A DNA stretch of 64,000 nucleotides from Patescibacteria group bacterium (GTDB lineage Bacteria; Patescibacteriota; Microgenomatia; PFEM01; JAHIFH01), in NCBI GenBank assembly GCA_035529375.1, contig DATKWU010000005.1:521-64520 (forward strand), read 5' to 3'. Every line of letters starts with the position of its first letter. Position 1 is the first letter of the stretch. Positions 1-17,185 of this stretch are shown here, piece by piece. The notes beneath the pieces were generated by a model, which saw only the letters and a list, made by a program, of their open reading frames with translations, was not told where the DNA came from and searched no databases. The translations under genes and the position numbers were made by a program.

Positions 1-198
1 ATTGAAAAGTTCGTCAATACCTCTGGTTTAACTGGTTACCGCGCCATTTATATTAATAACGCTGATCAATCACCTAATATTGACATCTTTTTTGCTGTTT
101 CCAATGACCCTAATAAAGTCATCCATATCGCCAATGGTATCCTAGATCCAGAAATTTTTGAACGAATTGTTGACAGTCTTAACTACGAAGCTAAATAA
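1..198 (+). CDS. 3' end of a hypothetical protein, truncated by the window edge
   Basis: Frame 1 is open from base 1 (IEKFVNTSGLTG...FERIVDSLNYEAK) to TAA at 196-198, convergent with the next gene. Confidence 0.6.
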   Translation: MEKFVNTSGLTGYRAIYINNADQSPNIDIFFAVSNDPNKVIHIANGILDPEIFERIVDSLNYEAK

Positions 199-201
199 AG
201 A

Positions 202-1887
202 TTAGCGAGATCTCATTTTATATTTTAAAATTAACCCCTTAATTCCCTCTCCTCTGGTCTGATGCCAACCATTATTTAAATAAAGTTGATTAGTTTTAAT
301 TTCCTGGCCATCAATGATTAACCTACCCTGGCTCTCTTTCTCTATCTGATATTCTCCTTCTGCTAAAATCTCAAACATCATCTCTTGATTACCGGAAAAA
401 ACAATCTTCTTGCCCACTACATAAAGATCGCCCAAGCCAGTCAGCAAATAATTCTGCTTTAAAAAATTGACATCTTCGGTTGCCAAGGTCCAAAAATTGC
501 TTTTATTCCAATAAATAAATTTAGTTTGATTTCTTCTTAATTCTTCTGTCAAACTAGGAAAGGGTTGAGAAAGACCGTGAACAAACAGCGGAAACGGTTC
601 GCAACAGTAAAAGTATCCAGGCTGGCGATAAAGATGATAGCCCGTCATGTCATAAACTGCATCGCCAGGTTCAGAAACTAACAAAATATTATTGACAATT
701 TGAAGCTGGCCTGTATTTTTCCATTTTGTTTGGACTCTTTCTGATTGCCAAAGACCAAAACAAGAAAGAGAAAAAAGCGACAACCAACCAATCAGCCAAA
801 GTAAACCAATTTTTTTCTGAAGCCAATGACCCAAATCAACCAAAAAGATAGCCGCCAATAAGCAAAGAATCACTAGTAAAGGCAAGTAGTTTTGTAAAAG
901 AGTGATGTAAATAAAAAAGAAAACCAAGAAAGCAAAGCCAAGAAAAGAAAAAATTAAAAATAAACTGATTAACTGATAACCTTTAAAAGCTGCTTGAAAA
1001 GCTTGTTTAATTAAACCTGCTACCCCTAAAAAAATAACGAAAATGGTCAAACACCAAGGCAAACTGCGGCCACCTAAACCATAAAAAGCATCATTGGGAA
1101 TAAAAGGAAAGATTGGGTCAAAAAACATTTTGCCATAACTTCGATTAATTTCATAAGGCAACAAGAAAACTGAATAAATTACTTTTGGAATATCACCTAA
1201 AAGAAAAGCAAATAAAAATAAAGCCAAAAAAGGAATTAAAACACCTAAATGAAAAAAGAAAAAATTCTCCCAGAGTTTTTTCCAGGTACCGCGACTAACA
1301 AAAAGCAGACCAGCGAATAAACCCAAATAACCAAAAGCGACTTTCATTAAAATCAAAAAAGCCAAACCATAGGTAAATCCAGCCATTAAAAGAAAAAGTC
1401 GCTTCTTCTTTTTCTTTTCTGCCATTAAAAGAAAAAGAAAAGAAGCTAACCAAAAGAGCAAGGAAAAATTATCAGGTCTAATTTCAATAGTTTTGCTTAA
1501 ATTAAGAGGCAAAAGAGCCCAGAAAAAAGCGGCCACAACCCCGGTTAAGCGATTAAAAGCTAAATTGCCAATATAAAAGAGAACTAAAAGAGTGGCCAAA
1601 AAAACCAGGAAATTAAGAGCCCGGGCAAAAAAAAGAACCACCACGCCTTCTTTTAAGAATAAAAATAAGGGGGCAAAATAGGCAATCAAGAAAGGCGAAA
1701 AAGAGTAACCAAAATCTCGATAAGGCATTTGACCTTGAGCCAGAAGATAAGACCGATACAAATGACGAAACTCGTCCTCATCAAAAAAACGATTCATGGC
1801 TAAATCAAACCGGAGAGCCAAGCAAAAAAGAATGGCGATGATTCCCAAAAAAACAACTAGGTTGTTAAAATTAAAGAATTTTTTCAT
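202..1887 (-). CDS. GT-C fold membrane glycosyltransferase (ArnT/PMT-like)
   Basis: 561 aa, multi-TM; acidic DEDE motif after TM1, followed by PYRDF and IEIRPD motifs. Confidence 0.75.
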   Translation of the reverse strand: MKKFFNFNNLVVFLGIIAILFCLALRFDLAMNRFFDEDEFRHLYRSYLLAQGQMPYRDFGYSFSPFLIAYFAPLFLFLKEGVVVLFFARALNFLVFLATLLVLFYIGNLAFNRLTGVVAAFFWALLPLNLSKTIEIRPDNFSLLFWLASFLFLLMAEKKKKKRLFLLMAGFTYGLAFLILMKVAFGYLGLFAGLLFVSRGTWKKLWENFFFFHLGVLIPFLALFLFAFLLGDIPKVIYSVFLLPYEINRSYGKMFFDPIFPFIPNDAFYGLGGRSLPWCLTIFVIFLGVAGLIKQAFQAAFKGYQLISLFLIFSFLGFAFLVFFFIYITLLQNYLPLLVILCLLAAIFLVDLGHWLQKKIGLLWLIGWLSLFSLSCFGLWQSERVQTKWKNTGQLQIVNNILLVSEPGDAVYDMTGYHLYRQPGYFYCCEPFPLFVHGLSQPFPSLTEELRRNQTKFIYWNKSNFWTLATEDVNFLKQNYLLTGLGDLYVVGKKIVFSGNQEMMFEILAEGEYQIEKESQGRLIIDGQEIKTNQLYLNNGWHQTRGEGIKGLILKYKMRSR

Positions 1888-1973
1888 TAAAATGGATTTT
1901 ACTGGTTTGAAGCTTTTTTTTCAATCTGGTTCTGGTTTAAAATTTTTTGGTCAGATTTGCTACAATAGGAAAG

Positions 1974-3755
1974 ATGAAAAAACTTTTGATTCTCCTTTTT
2001 CTTGGTTTAATTATTCGCCTTTTCTTTATTCCCAACCCCGGTTTTGCGGCTGACATTGCTTATTGGAAATCCTGGAGTTTAGCCGCGGCTGAAAAAGGGA
2101 TTGTCTGGACCACTCTGGAAACCAATTACAATTACGCCCCCGCTTTTCTCTATTACCTAAAAGCCGTGGGTTCAACCTATCTTTTTTTAGCCCAGCCAAT
2201 AAATCTCCAAGCCTTTTGGCAAGCAACCAATCTCCTTTTTCTCCTTCTCATCAAGCTACTAGTCATTATTGTTGACTTACTGACCGCCTACGGCCTCTGG
2301 TGGCTTCTGGAAAAGCATTTAAAAACCAAAACACCCAAAAGAATAAACCTGCCTTTAATTGCCGCTGGATTTTACCTTTTTAATCCCTTCATCATTTTTA
2401 ATGGTGCCTACTGGGGTCAAGTCGGCTCAATCGGGACTGGTCTTCTCTTTTTAAGTTTAATTTTACTTTGGCAAAAGAAATCCCTCCGGGCCATTGGTGT
2501 CATTACCTTAGCTTTTCTTTTAAAACTCCAAATGCTTTTTTATCTTCCCCTCCTGCTTCTCTGGATTTTTAAAAAAGAGGGCTGGCAAAAATTAATTACC
2601 TCTTTAGGAACGATGACCATTGTTTTCTTTTTAGTTTGTTTGCCTTTTATCCTTAGTCATCATATGGAGAAAGTAACCACCTTGATTCTCGCTTCGGCTG
2701 ATTACTTTCCTTATCTTTCCTTAAATGCTTATAATCTCTGGTGGTTGTTTGCCAAAGGAGCTGGCTTTACGACCATCGACCGAATTCTTGTTTTTGGCAT
2801 CACTCCGGCAAAATTTATTGGCCTTTTTCTTTTCTTTGTTTTTTACCTTCTATCTTTAAGTCTTCTTTGGCAAAAAACCAATAAAAAAACCTTGATCAAA
2901 ACCTGCCTTTGGGTGGCTTTAGCTTTTTTTATGCTGCCCACCCAAATGCATGAGCGCTACATTTATCCTGCTTTTCTTTTTCTAGCCCTGATGATTCCAG
3001 AAATCAGTCAGCTTTACCAAGAAAAACCGCGATCTATTAAGTTATACTTTTACCTATTAATCATGACTCTATTACCCTTAACCTGCTTTTACAATCTCCA
3101 TAATGTTCTAGCGATTAACTATCCTCAATACGCTTTGTCCATCTTGGCTCAATTAAATTTTAACGAACTAACTCTAATCGTGGCAGGTATCCATTTAATC
3201 CTTTTTCTTGGCTTAAGTATCATCTTTATCAAAGAAATTAATCCCCGATTGAGCCTCACGATCCTCTCTATAGCAGCCTTTATTATTATTTCTAAACAAG
3301 CCGCCTTTCTCGCTACTAAAGAAATTCCTTTAACCAAAATTACGCCTATTTATCAAAAACAGGATTATGGCTTACCAATGAAAAATTTGACTGTTAATTC
3401 AGCTTGGGGACCAAAATCCTGGAGCTTTCTTTCTTCAAACTACTTTTTTTACCGTCAAGGGCTTGGTTCTCATGCCAATTCTCAAATTATTTACCCTCTT
3501 AACGGCCAATTTAAACGCTTTACTACTGATGTGGGCATTGACGCCGAAGCCGGTATTCAGGGAACAGTTGAGTTTAAAATTCTGGCTGATGGTCAGCTTC
3601 TTTATGAATCAGGCAAGGTAGGGAGATTCGATCTACCCCGCCACGCTGAAGTCAATATTGAAAAAGCCCAAAATCTTGAATTAATTATTACTGATGCTCA
3701 AGACGGCATTAATGATGACCATGCTGATTGGTTAAATCCAACCCTCTACAAATGA
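1974..3755 (+). CDS. GT-C membrane glycosyltransferase with C-terminal NPCBM/NEW2 carbohydrate-binding domain
   Basis: Motifs NYAP, NPFIIFNGAYWGQ and MHERY; C-terminal GLGSHANS...VGID...DHADW is typical of NPCBM; ATG at 1974 chosen. Confidence 0.75.
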   Translation: MKKLLILLFLGLIIRLFFIPNPGFAADIAYWKSWSLAAAEKGIVWTTLETNYNYAPAFLYYLKAVGSTYLFLAQPINLQAFWQATNLLFLLLIKLLVIIVDLLTAYGLWWLLEKHLKTKTPKRINLPLIAAGFYLFNPFIIFNGAYWGQVGSIGTGLLFLSLILLWQKKSLRAIGVITLAFLLKLQMLFYLPLLLLWIFKKEGWQKLITSLGTMTIVFFLVCLPFILSHHMEKVTTLILASADYFPYLSLNAYNLWWLFAKGAGFTTIDRILVFGITPAKFIGLFLFFVFYLLSLSLLWQKTNKKTLIKTCLWVALAFFMLPTQMHERYIYPAFLFLALMIPEISQLYQEKPRSIKLYFYLLIMTLLPLTCFYNLHNVLAINYPQYALSILAQLNFNELTLIVAGIHLILFLGLSIIFIKEINPRLSLTILSIAAFIIISKQAAFLATKEIPLTKITPIYQKQDYGLPMKNLTVNSAWGPKSWSFLSSNYFFYRQGLGSHANSQIIYPLNGQFKRFTTDVGIDAEAGIQGTVEFKILADGQLLYESGKVGRFDLPRHAEVNIEKAQNLELIITDAQDGINDDHADWLNPTLYK

Positions 3756-6013
3756 AAGAAATAAAAAGAATAACCAAATTAATCCCTTTTCTTCTAATCA
3801 TCATCGCCATTGTCTTCAACCTCTGGACTTTGGTACCAGAACTTTATATTCAATCTGACCTCAATGACAATATCTTTCAACTTGGTCTAATTAACCGAAT
3901 GAATCAGGTTTGGGAAGAAGGTAATTTTTTAGATTTGATTGACCATTGGGTGCCCAACTGGGCTGATGGTTATCCTCTGCCTTTTTATTACTCCCATTTA
4001 CCCCATTTAGTCACAGTGGCGAGTTACAAACTTATTGAACCTTTTCTGCCCCTCCAATTCTTTGATTATTTTCATCTTCTCCAATATCTAATCCTTGTTT
4101 TTACTCCTCTGGCTTTTTATATTGGTGCTCGAAAATTCTGTTTCTCAAAATTAACTTCTGGCTTAATTGCTCTGTTTTCCTCCCAACTTTTAACTGATGG
4201 TCTTTACGGAATTGATGTCTCAAGCTATGTTTGGCGAGGCTACGGCCTTTCTTTACAAGCTTTAAGTGTTTTCTTCTTACCTTTGGCCCTTGGTTTTACT
4301 TGGCAAGCTGTCAAAGAAAATAAAAAATATCTGGTGGCAATTGGCTTTCTTGTCGCCTGTCTAGCTTCTCACCTCGCCACTGGTTATATTGGTCTTCTTT
4401 CTTGCTTGTTAATCCCTTTGGCCTTAGTCAAACTGCCTAAGAGAAACTGGCTTTCCTCTTGGCAAAAAGTCATTTCTAAACCTAAATGCATAAGTTTAAT
4501 TAAGAACTATATGCGTCTTTTGATTGTTTTCTCAATTACATTTATCTTCCTTTCCTACTGGTTCATACCCTTGTTTCTCAACAATCAATATCATGCTGTT
4601 AGTTTCTGGGACCCACCCAGTAAGTGGTTTTCTTATGGATTCGAGAGTGTTATCAATCTTTTCCTTAATGGTGATTTACTAGACTTTGGCCGCTTACCTA
4701 TCCTAACCTTCTTAACTATTCTTGGCTTCCTGATTGCGGCTTTTCGCGCTCAAAAGCCCAGGCATCGCTTTTTCTTTTTTCTTTTTCCTTTCTGGCTAAT
4801 TCTCTTTTTTGGCAAACCGTTTTTTGGAGACTTAATTAACCTCTTTCCCTTATTAAAGGACTATCATCTTCATCGTTTCATTATTGGTGTCCATCTAGCC
4901 AGTATTTTTCTTATTGGTATTGGCCTTAATTGGCTAATTACAAGAATTCTGAGGCTTAAATTTTCTCCTGATATAAATATATCTTTATGTATCGTTGTAA
5001 TTCTTATTATTTCTTTACCTGTCTTTCGCCAAACCTACAATTACCTTGATTTGAACAGAGAATGGCTTCCAGGAGCCAATCAAGAATTTATTGAAGATTG
5101 GGCTAACTTAGGCAAAATAGTCCAGAAGCTCAATGAGCTTCCCCGAGGACGAATTTACGCTGGTCGACCAGGCAATTGGGGCCGAAGTTTTAAAGCAGGA
5201 CCGACACCAGTCTATATGGCTCTCTCTGCCCGTGGTTTTGAAATTGGTGGCTTCTTGCCAGAAACTTGGTCCCTCAACTCTGATCCTGAACAATTCTTTA
5301 ATGAACAATTACCAGAGCACTACAATCTCTATAATATTCGCTATTTGGTTAGCCCCCTTGATTATTCAGTCCCTTCTTTTGCTGAAGAAATTATTAGTTA
5401 TGGCAACTACAAACTCTCTGAAATTGAAACAACTGGCTATTTTGACCTAGGTTACTCTGATCTTAATGTTCTCAGTTCAAAAGAAAACCTTTTTAACATT
5501 ACTCGTTCTTGGATTATTTCTCCTTGGGTAAAACAAAAACAATTCCCCGCCTTAATCTTAAAAGGCCAATCAGATGCCAGTTGGCAAATTAAAATGACTG
5601 ATGAAGCTAATTATCAAGCCCTTAATCAAGAATTTAATCTCTTCGTAAGTCCAGTCTTTAATCAAGAACAACCTTTTAAAATCAACCCTCAAGGAAAAAT
5701 TTTACAAGAAGAGATAAACTTCCAAGAATATGAGGCTAGTATTGAAATTGACGAAGCATGCCAAGATTGTTTAATTGTTTTTAAAATGACTTACCACCCT
5801 AACTGGCAAGCAACTATCGATAATCAACCTGTCCAAAAAATAATGGTCTTCCCGAGCTTTATGGCCACCAAAGTTAACCCTGGAAAACACCAAATTTCTT
5901 TTAAATATCAACCAGCTCTCATTAAACCCCTTCTTCTAACCTTAGCAATCGTCACGCTTATTATTTTCCTTCGCCTAAAAAAACGCCTGCTCTCGAACCG
6001 CCTCTTTACCTAA
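3752..6013 (+). CDS. YfhO-like / PTPS-related multi-TM membrane protein, putative GT-C
   Basis: HWVPNWADGYPLPFYY near the N-terminus; YfhO-like C-terminus YHPNWQATID...PGKHQISFKY plus a TM; ATGA overlap with the upstream stop. Confidence 0.7.
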   Translation: MKEIKRITKLIPFLLIIIAIVFNLWTLVPELYIQSDLNDNIFQLGLINRMNQVWEEGNFLDLIDHWVPNWADGYPLPFYYSHLPHLVTVASYKLIEPFLPLQFFDYFHLLQYLILVFTPLAFYIGARKFCFSKLTSGLIALFSSQLLTDGLYGIDVSSYVWRGYGLSLQALSVFFLPLALGFTWQAVKENKKYLVAIGFLVACLASHLATGYIGLLSCLLIPLALVKLPKRNWLSSWQKVISKPKCISLIKNYMRLLIVFSITFIFLSYWFIPLFLNNQYHAVSFWDPPSKWFSYGFESVINLFLNGDLLDFGRLPILTFLTILGFLIAAFRAQKPRHRFFFFLFPFWLILFFGKPFFGDLINLFPLLKDYHLHRFIIGVHLASIFLIGIGLNWLITRILRLKFSPDINISLCIVVILIISLPVFRQTYNYLDLNREWLPGANQEFIEDWANLGKIVQKLNELPRGRIYAGRPGNWGRSFKAGPTPVYMALSARGFEIGGFLPETWSLNSDPEQFFNEQLPEHYNLYNIRYLVSPLDYSVPSFAEEIISYGNYKLSEIETTGYFDLGYSDLNVLSSKENLFNITRSWIISPWVKQKQFPALILKGQSDASWQIKMTDEANYQALNQEFNLFVSPVFNQEQPFKINPQGKILQEEINFQEYEASIEIDEACQDCLIVFKMTYHPNWQATIDNQPVQKIMVFPSFMATKVNPGKHQISFKYQPALIKPLLLTLAIVTLIIFLRLKKRLLSNRLFT

Positions 6014-6606
6014 TAAATAAATCAAAATATTACTTAAAAAATCAATAAACGCAGGCTTTAATTAAGAAAAAAACAACTACTAGAGGACTTGTTGAATAAA
6101 CTGTCGCAAAACAATAATTTCTTCTATTAAAAAACTATTAGACTAAAGCTTTAACCTAAAAATGGCGCTTTTATTAATTAATCACTTCTTTAGCAAACAA
6201 GGAAAAAGGTCGCTAATTTAAACACTTTTCGAGATACTCTAGGATAGATATATAAACGAACCATCTTTGTTAATATTTTTAGAAATTGTTAAAGGAATTT
6301 ATCTACTTCATTAATAACTGAGATTACTTTTTAAACAAATGAGCTTCTTTAGTCACAATAAAAACTAACCAACAATTCTATAGGTTTACTTTATTTTAAA
6401 ATGACTCTTTTATATCAAAACATATCAAGTTCTCCTCGGCTAAAATATTTTTAACCTTGATATACTATGCAATCTTATGACAGATTAATTAGGTAATTTT
6501 GCGGTAATTATTATTCGTGTGAATCTTTATGAAAATCTTTACAAAGACTTTTATTACCCTCCTTTATACCTGATCTAAATAGGTCAAACTCTACAAAAAT
6601 TGCCTC

Positions 6607-6636
6607 TTGACAAGTATCTCCAGCCCTTATTATAGT
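6607..6636 (+). promoter_or_regulatory. Putative sigma70 promoter
   Basis: TTGACA-18 nt-TATAGT upstream of the ORFs at 6709 and 6829. Confidence 0.5.
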
Positions 6637-6708
6637 AGTTTTGTTCTTATAATTTAGTATAATCTTTTATAATTTGAAGCTAAATTAAGTTTGCGGGAAT
6701 TTTCAAAA

Positions 6709-6825
6709 ATGACAAAATATAGCCAACATTATTCTTTCGAAAAATCAAAAAACTTTACTGGTCTTGCTGAGGTTTTCGTAGCTCTCCTAATTTTCAGTTG
6801 TGCTTTTATTTGGCTCTTTCTTTAA
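6709..6825 (+). CDS. Putative 38-aa single-TM microprotein
   Basis: MTKYSQHYSFEKSKNFTGLAEVFVALLIFSCAFIWLFL; the stop lies 3 nt before the next ATG. Confidence 0.4.
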   Translation: MTKYSQHYSFEKSKNFTGLAEVFVALLIFSCAFIWLFL

Positions 6826-6828
6826 AAC

Positions 6829-7293
6829 ATGGACCTGCCCAAACTCTTTCGCTCCTATCTTGAATCACAAAAGGTTTCTTCTGTCACCATCAAAAATTAT
6901 GTGGCCGACATTAACAACTTTCTTAACTGGTTAACAAAGAAAACAGGAATCAAATATCAAGTCGCCGGTAAAGGAATTTTTAATCTTTTTAACCAACAAA
7001 CAATTGAAGAATATAAAACTGATTTAATTGCCAAAAATACTCCCCTGTCGACGATCAACCGTCGTCTTTCAGCTCTAAGAAAATTTGGTTATCTTGGTCT
7101 TAGTCAAGGATGGCTAAATAAAAATGAGCTTTCTCAAGTAAAAAATCTTCGTTTTTCAACCAAACATCCCTACCAAGGAGTCCTCATTAAATTTAAAAGA
7201 CATCTAGAAAGACAAGAAGCCAGTCAAATAACCATTAATAACTATCTTTCAGATTTAAGGCACTTTTTAAGTTGGTTGGAATTAAAAACGTAG
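6829..7293 (+). CDS. Tyrosine-recombinase N-terminal core-binding (SAM-like) domain protein with no catalytic domain
   Basis: SSVTIKNYVADINNFLNW...[13 protein letters not shown], then a second partial copy TINNYLSDLRHFLSW; no R-H-R-Y catalytic region. Confidence 0.75.
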   Translation: MDLPKLFRSYLESQKVSSVTIKNYVADINNFLNWLTKKTGIKYQVAGKGIFNLFNQQTIEEYKTDLIAKNTPLSTINRRLSALRKFGYLGLSQGWLNKNELSQVKNLRFSTKHPYQGVLIKFKRHLERQEASQITINNYLSDLRHFLSWLELKT

Positions 7294-7305
7294 CTTAACA
7301 AAACT

Positions 7306-13803
<6,498 letters not shown>

Positions 13804-13826
13804 ATCAAAGCTATAATTGAGAAGTT

Positions 13827-15788
13827 ATGGAAAATAAAATAATTTGGGATATAGAAAAAATCATGGGTTGGTTAATCATCAGCTTAGCTTTTCTCTTGCC
13901 AATCTTTTTCCTGCCAATTACAATCGATTTTTATGAGTTTAATAAACAAACTCTTTTGATTGTTTTTACTAGCCTCCTCCTAATCCTTTGGTTGATAAAA
14001 ATGGTTTTGAACCAAAAGCTTGTTTTCCGAAGATCACCTTTAGATCTTCCTCTTCTTCTTTTAATGATCGCTTTTATCATTGCTAGCTTAATGACTAAAA
14101 CTCACAAGACTATTCCCTTTTTGGCATCAACCGGCACAGGTACAATCATTAGCTTAACGCTTATCTACTTTATAATCACTAACAATTTAAAATCTAAATT
14201 TCTCCCTTATTTATTTTCAAGTCTAATTATCAGTGCTGTTTTTCTTTCACTAGCCACTCTCTATCAATCTTCTGGTCTGACAAGCTCTTTCACTAATCTT
14301 CCTTGGCTAGAAGATAAATGGTTTACTCCTCTTGGTAGTATACTAATTCTAATTTCGTTTCTTTTTCTTGGCTTAATCCTTACCCTTTACCTCTTCGTTA
14401 AGCAACTTAATAAAAAAGAATATTTAATAACATTTCTAACTGGTGGCGCTTGTTTCATTATTACCTTAAGCTTGATTTTAAGTATCCATAACCTAACTCC
14501 AGAACTAGGTAAAGATTTTGCTTTTCTCTCTTACCGAGATAGTTGGATTATTAGCATTGAATCTCTTAAAACCAATCCTCTTTTTGGAGTTGGCCCAGGT
14601 AATTATATTTCTGCTTTTAGTCGCTTTAAACCTTTAAGTTTTAATCAAAATGACTTCTGGAATTTCCGTTTTGATCGAGCAATAATCTATCCCCTTGACT
14701 TATTAACGACTGGTGGTTTATTAGTCTTTTTTGCTTACTTATTTTTAATAATTAAAATCGGTCTTCTCTTTTTTAAAAGTTACCAACAAAGAAAAGAAAA
14801 CCAAAGATTACTTTTAATTATCCTGGCTATTACCCTTATTATTCCCTGGTTGATTGGAATTAACTTAGTTATTCTCAGTTTAACCTACATCTTGTTAGCT
14901 TTTTTCAATCTCAAGCCTGAGGAAACAAAACAACTATCTTTCTCCTCAAAAAAAATCCCGCCTATTATCTTAACTGTTGGCTTAGCAATTATTCTCTTTT
15001 TTGTTTATCTCTGGGGGCGAATTTATGTCGCCGAAATTGTTTTTACACAATCACTTGATTCCTTAGCTAAAAATCAAGGCATCCCTACCTACAATCAACA
15101 AATTAGGGCGATTAAACTCAATCCCTATTCACCTCTTTATCGTCGCGTTTATTCTCAAACCAATCTTATTCTTGCCTTTGCTCTAGTTAACCAACCAGAT
15201 CAAGCCAGCCGAGACTGGGATAAAATAACTAGTTTGTTCCAACAAACAGTGAGAGAAGCCAAAATTGCCACTGTTCTTAACCCGACTGATGCGGTTAATT
15301 GGGAAAATCTAGCTCAAACTTATCGCAGTCTTCTTAGATTTGCTGATAAGTCTGATCAATGGGCCATTACTAGTTACCAACAAGCAATTATTAATGATCC
15401 TCTTAACCCTCAAATTCGCATCGAATTAGGCGGACTCCACTATAGTCTTGAGGATTTTGAACAAGCGACTCGTCAATTTGAAATCGCCGTTTCTCTTAAA
15501 TCAGATTATGCTAACGCTTATTATAATCTCTCCGCCACTTACCGAGAAAGAGAAATGTATCAGGAAGCTTATAACGCTATGCAAAATGTGGTTAATTTAG
15601 TTGATCCTAATTCAACTGACTACCAAAAAGCTAAGAATGAATTAGAGGCTTTAGCTAAAGAATTACCCCAACAACAAGAAAAAGCTGTTTCTCCTGAAAC
15701 AGAAGAGTCTAGCTTAACTGAACCCTCGCCTTTACCTTCACCAATAACTCAACCACTAATCAACTTATCAGAAGAATCATCTCCCTAA
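13827..15788 (+). CDS. O-antigen ligase / oligosaccharyltransferase-like membrane protein with C-terminal TPRs
   Basis: About 12 TMs, NPLFGVGPGNY motif, TPR repeats (AVSLKSDYANAYYNL). Confidence 0.75.
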   Translation: MENKIIWDIEKIMGWLIISLAFLLPIFFLPITIDFYEFNKQTLLIVFTSLLLILWLIKMVLNQKLVFRRSPLDLPLLLLMIAFIIASLMTKTHKTIPFLASTGTGTIISLTLIYFIITNNLKSKFLPYLFSSLIISAVFLSLATLYQSSGLTSSFTNLPWLEDKWFTPLGSILILISFLFLGLILTLYLFVKQLNKKEYLITFLTGGACFIITLSLILSIHNLTPELGKDFAFLSYRDSWIISIESLKTNPLFGVGPGNYISAFSRFKPLSFNQNDFWNFRFDRAIIYPLDLLTTGGLLVFFAYLFLIIKIGLLFFKSYQQRKENQRLLLIILAITLIIPWLIGINLVILSLTYILLAFFNLKPEETKQLSFSSKKIPPIILTVGLAIILFFVYLWGRIYVAEIVFTQSLDSLAKNQGIPTYNQQIRAIKLNPYSPLYRRVYSQTNLILAFALVNQPDQASRDWDKITSLFQQTVREAKIATVLNPTDAVNWENLAQTYRSLLRFADKSDQWAITSYQQAIINDPLNPQIRIELGGLHYSLEDFEQATRQFEIAVSLKSDYANAYYNLSATYREREMYQEAYNAMQNVVNLVDPNSTDYQKAKNELEALAKELPQQQEKAVSPETEESSLTEPSPLPSPITQPLINLSEESSP

Positions 15789-15832
15789 AGTAGAATTTTT
15801 AAGGTTTCAATGTTAAAATTAAAGTAAGTATT

Positions 15833-15906
15833 GGGCCTGTAGCTCAGTTGGCTAGAGCGTCGCATTCGCATTGCGGAGGTCGAGGGTTCGACTCCCTCCA
15901 GGTCCA
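15833..15906 (+). tRNA. tRNA-Ala(CGC)
   Basis: Cloverleaf; acceptor GGGCCTG/CAGGTCC with G3:U70; anticodon loop TT-CGC-AT; TTCGA T-loop. Confidence 0.95.
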
Positions 15907-15910
15907 CTCT

Positions 15911-15984
15911 GGGCCGTTAGCTCAGTTGGCTAGAGCGTCTGCATGGCATGCAGAAGGTCGCGGGTTCGACTCCCGCACGGTCCA
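15911..15984 (+). tRNA. tRNA-Ala(GGC)
   Basis: Cloverleaf with G3:U70; anticodon arm TCTGC-AT-GGC-AT-GCAGA. Confidence 0.95.
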
Positions 15985-16044
15985 CTTAAAAGTAACTTCT
16001 AGGCTTTTTGTTATAGGAAAAAACGAAAAAATAAGAGAATATTA

Positions 16045-17175
16045 CTACTTAAGATAGCTTAAAGGATTAACAGCCACGCCTCCGTTCCTTATCTCAAAGT
16101 GAAGATGAATACCTGTACTCCGCCCGGTTGAGCCTATTTTTCCAATTGACTGTCCCCGACTAACATTTTGACCAGGAGAAACATAAATTGCCGACAGATG
16201 AGCATAAAGAGTGCTAAAACCATTACCATGGTCAATCAAAACCCGATTACCATAAGCCCAAGGGGCAGGCCAACCAGCCACTATTACTGTTCCTGAATCA
16301 GCTGCCAGAGCATTTGGAGCACTATTATTAGCAATATCAATTCCAGGGTGGTACCAAACAAAATATTGAGTAATTCGGCCGCTCGCTGGCCAAACAAACT
16401 GACCGGTGCCAGTAATCGTCCCAGCGGCTGGCACCTCCGCATAATAACGTCTTGGTTCACTAGGTGTTGCCTTAGGCATAATCCCTTCAGGAACAACCAA
16501 TTCTTGACCAACCGCTAAAGCAAAAGTTTCATCATTAGCAAAGGAGTTGTAAGGCCAGTTAACAACCACCTGGGCATCAACTTGGTATTTTCTGGCAATC
16601 GAATAGATTGTTTCTCCGTGTTGGACTTTATGGGAAATACCAGTGACCGGGAGAATTCTTAAGACACTACCTACCTTGATTGATTTAATTGTCTCAAGAT
16701 TATTCTCCCAACGAATCGTATCAATGGAAACACCAAATTTCTCGGCAATGGTTGAAACCGTATCGCCTGACTTAACCGTGTACTCAATAATCTCTGAACG
16801 GGGTTTAATTGACTCAAGAGTCGAGGTTTCTATCTCTCCTTTAGTGGCGGAAATAACAGCCGTCGCTTCAGCCTGCTGCCAGGAACTCTCTGTCAATCCA
16901 GGGAAATTCTCTTCAATTAAAACCGGTCCTAGGGTAATTCCTATCACAATTAAAAGCATCATTCCGGAGTGAACAAAAGGCCGACTGTAGCGTCCCCGCT
17001 GACGGTAAAGAACCACCGCCATCTTTGACTTACCCCCTTCGAACAAATGAAAAATTCTAGCGGTTTTTTTGCGAGAATAACGACCTAAACTACAGAGGAA
17101 TTGCCAAATATCTTTTTTAAAAGAGGGGTGCTCCATAAGTGGAACCAGGTTAACATAGGCAGAAGTAGAAGTCAA
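16045..17175 (-). CDS. LysM x2 plus M23 peptidase (start codon uncertain)
   Basis: LysM YTVKSGDTVSTIAEKFGV; M23 motifs HPGID, YAHL and STGIHLHFE. Confidence 0.9.
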   Translation of the reverse strand: MTSTSAYVNLVPLMEHPSFKKDIWQFLCSLGRYSRKKTARIFHLFEGGKSKMAVVLYRQRGRYSRPFVHSGMMLLIVIGITLGPVLIEENFPGLTESSWQQAEATAVISATKGEIETSTLESIKPRSEIIEYTVKSGDTVSTIAEKFGVSIDTIRWENNLETIKSIKVGSVLRILPVTGISHKVQHGETIYSIARKYQVDAQVVVNWPYNSFANDETFALAVGQELVVPEGIMPKATPSEPRRYYAEVPAAGTITGTGQFVWPASGRITQYFVWYHPGIDIANNSAPNALAADSGTVIVAGWPAPWAYGNRVLIDHGNGFSTLYAHLSAIYVSPGQNVSRGQSIGKIGSTGRSTGIHLHFEIRNGGVAVNPLSYLK

Positions 17176-17185
17176 TTTAACCGCT

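Noticed and set aside
15848-16057. 69-aa ORF
   Set aside because: Overlaps two tRNA-Ala genes
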